Shown here piece after piece: positions 63,481 through 64,000 of a DNA stretch of 64,000 nucleotides. Source of the DNA: an uncultured Clostridia bacterium (GTDB lineage Bacteria; Bacillota; Clostridia; Christensenellales; CAG-314); NCBI GenBank assembly GCA_947570215.1, contig CANOTO010000004.1, positions 92,522 to 156,521 of the forward strand, written 5' to 3'. The notes under the pieces were generated by a model. The model saw nothing but the letters and a program-made list of their open reading frames with translations, was not told the origin of the DNA and made no database searches. Position numbers and translations under genes: made by a program. Numbering within the stretch: position 1 is the first letter of the stretch; each line of letters begins with the position of its first letter.

Positions 63481-63885
63481 ATGAAAATGTCGTCGAAAGC
63501 AAGGTACGGACTGTATGTTGCGGTAGAGTTGGCTAAAAAATTCGAGCGAGCGGAAGTCGCTACGGTATCCGCTTTGGCGCAGGCTACCGGAGTTACGGAG
63601 AAGTATCTCGAGCAAATCGTCGCCCTGATGAAAAAAGCGGATATAGTTTCGTCTTTGCGCGGTGCTAACGGCGGCTATATGCTTACCGATTCTCCGAATA
63701 ATATCACAGTGGGGCGTGTGCTTAGGGCTGTGGAAGATAACTTGGAAATAGTAGACTGCATTCGCAAGGGGTGTAAAAATAAATGTAATTGCGTTTCGCG
63801 CAATTTGTGGGCAAAGCTATACGAAAATATCAATTCGTATTTGGATACAATATCCCTTAAGCATCTTGCAGACGATAACATATAA
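63481..63885 (+). CDS. Rrf2-family transcriptional regulator (IscR/CymR-like)
   Basis: MSSKARYGL N-terminus, winged HTH, and a Cys cluster CIRKGCKNKCNC. Upstream of a cysteine desulfurase gene. Confidence 0.88.
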   Translation: MKMSSKARYGLYVAVELAKKFERAEVATVSALAQATGVTEKYLEQIVALMKKADIVSSLRGANGGYMLTDSPNNITVGRVLRAVEDNLEIVDCIRKGCKNKCNCVSRNLWAKLYENINSYLDTISLKHLADDNI

Positions 63886-63917
63886 CCGATTAGTATAAAG
63901 GAGATTTAAGCGATTTA

Positions 63918-64000
63918 ATGAAAGTGTATATCGATCATGCGGCTACTACTCCATGCGATAAGCGTGTTGTGGAAGCGATGATGCCGTATTTTACAAATGA
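63918..64000 (+). CDS. Cysteine desulfurase (NifS/IscS family), 5' end only
   Basis: MKVYIDHAATTP N-terminus. Truncated by the window edge. Confidence 0.7.
   Translation, partial: MKVYIDHAATTPCDKRVVEAMMPYFTN

Overview
This window looks like a low-GC Firmicutes (Clostridia/Bacilli-like) chromosome; all calls come from reading motifs, because no homology search could be run. Most of it is conserved housekeeping sequence in Bacillus-like gene order:
- secDF(3' end)-recJ-relA-hemZ
- an 8-gene tRNA array
- rdgB, alr, rsmD-coaD, DAHP synthase, ylbJ, tmcAL/ylbM, pta-ackA, yceD-rpmF
- rnc-smc-ftsY, and a TetR plus ABC exporter
- ylxM-ffh-rpsP-KH-rimM-trmD-rbgA-rnhB-yraN-rplS
- comM-dprA-topA-trmFO-hslVU-aspS, rseC-like, trxA, an Rrf2 regulator and the start of nifS

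The one accessory region is a 17.3-kb integrative element (8474-25793) inserted in the 3' end of tRNA-Gly(GCC). It is bounded by a perfect 25-nt direct repeat. A tyrosine integrase and an XRE repressor sit at its left end, and about 25 genes follow, all on the + strand.

I could recognise no capsid, portal, terminase, tail, relaxase or T4SS gene in the element. It contains instead:
- a run of membrane-anchored or secreted proteins and very small hydrophobic proteins
- a membrane-anchored P-loop NTPase
- a DNA-modification block: a C5 methyltransferase with seven tandem modules, a PP-loop/PAPS-reductase-like protein, a Cys-rich protein and an N6/N4 methyltransferase
- three non-coding islands rich in hairpins

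The working hypothesis (inference only) is a cryptic filamentous-phage-like (inovirus-like) prophage or a new kind of integrative element. The most notable details are:
- a textbook -1 frameshift signal (A_AAT_TTT, 7-nt spacer, 9-bp stem) that would add a C-terminal membrane anchor to a surface protein
- a G9 tract inside another surface protein gene
- a convergent small-RNA gene with a near-consensus promoter and a strong terminator
- twin long hairpins carrying DnaA-box-like 9-mers near attR
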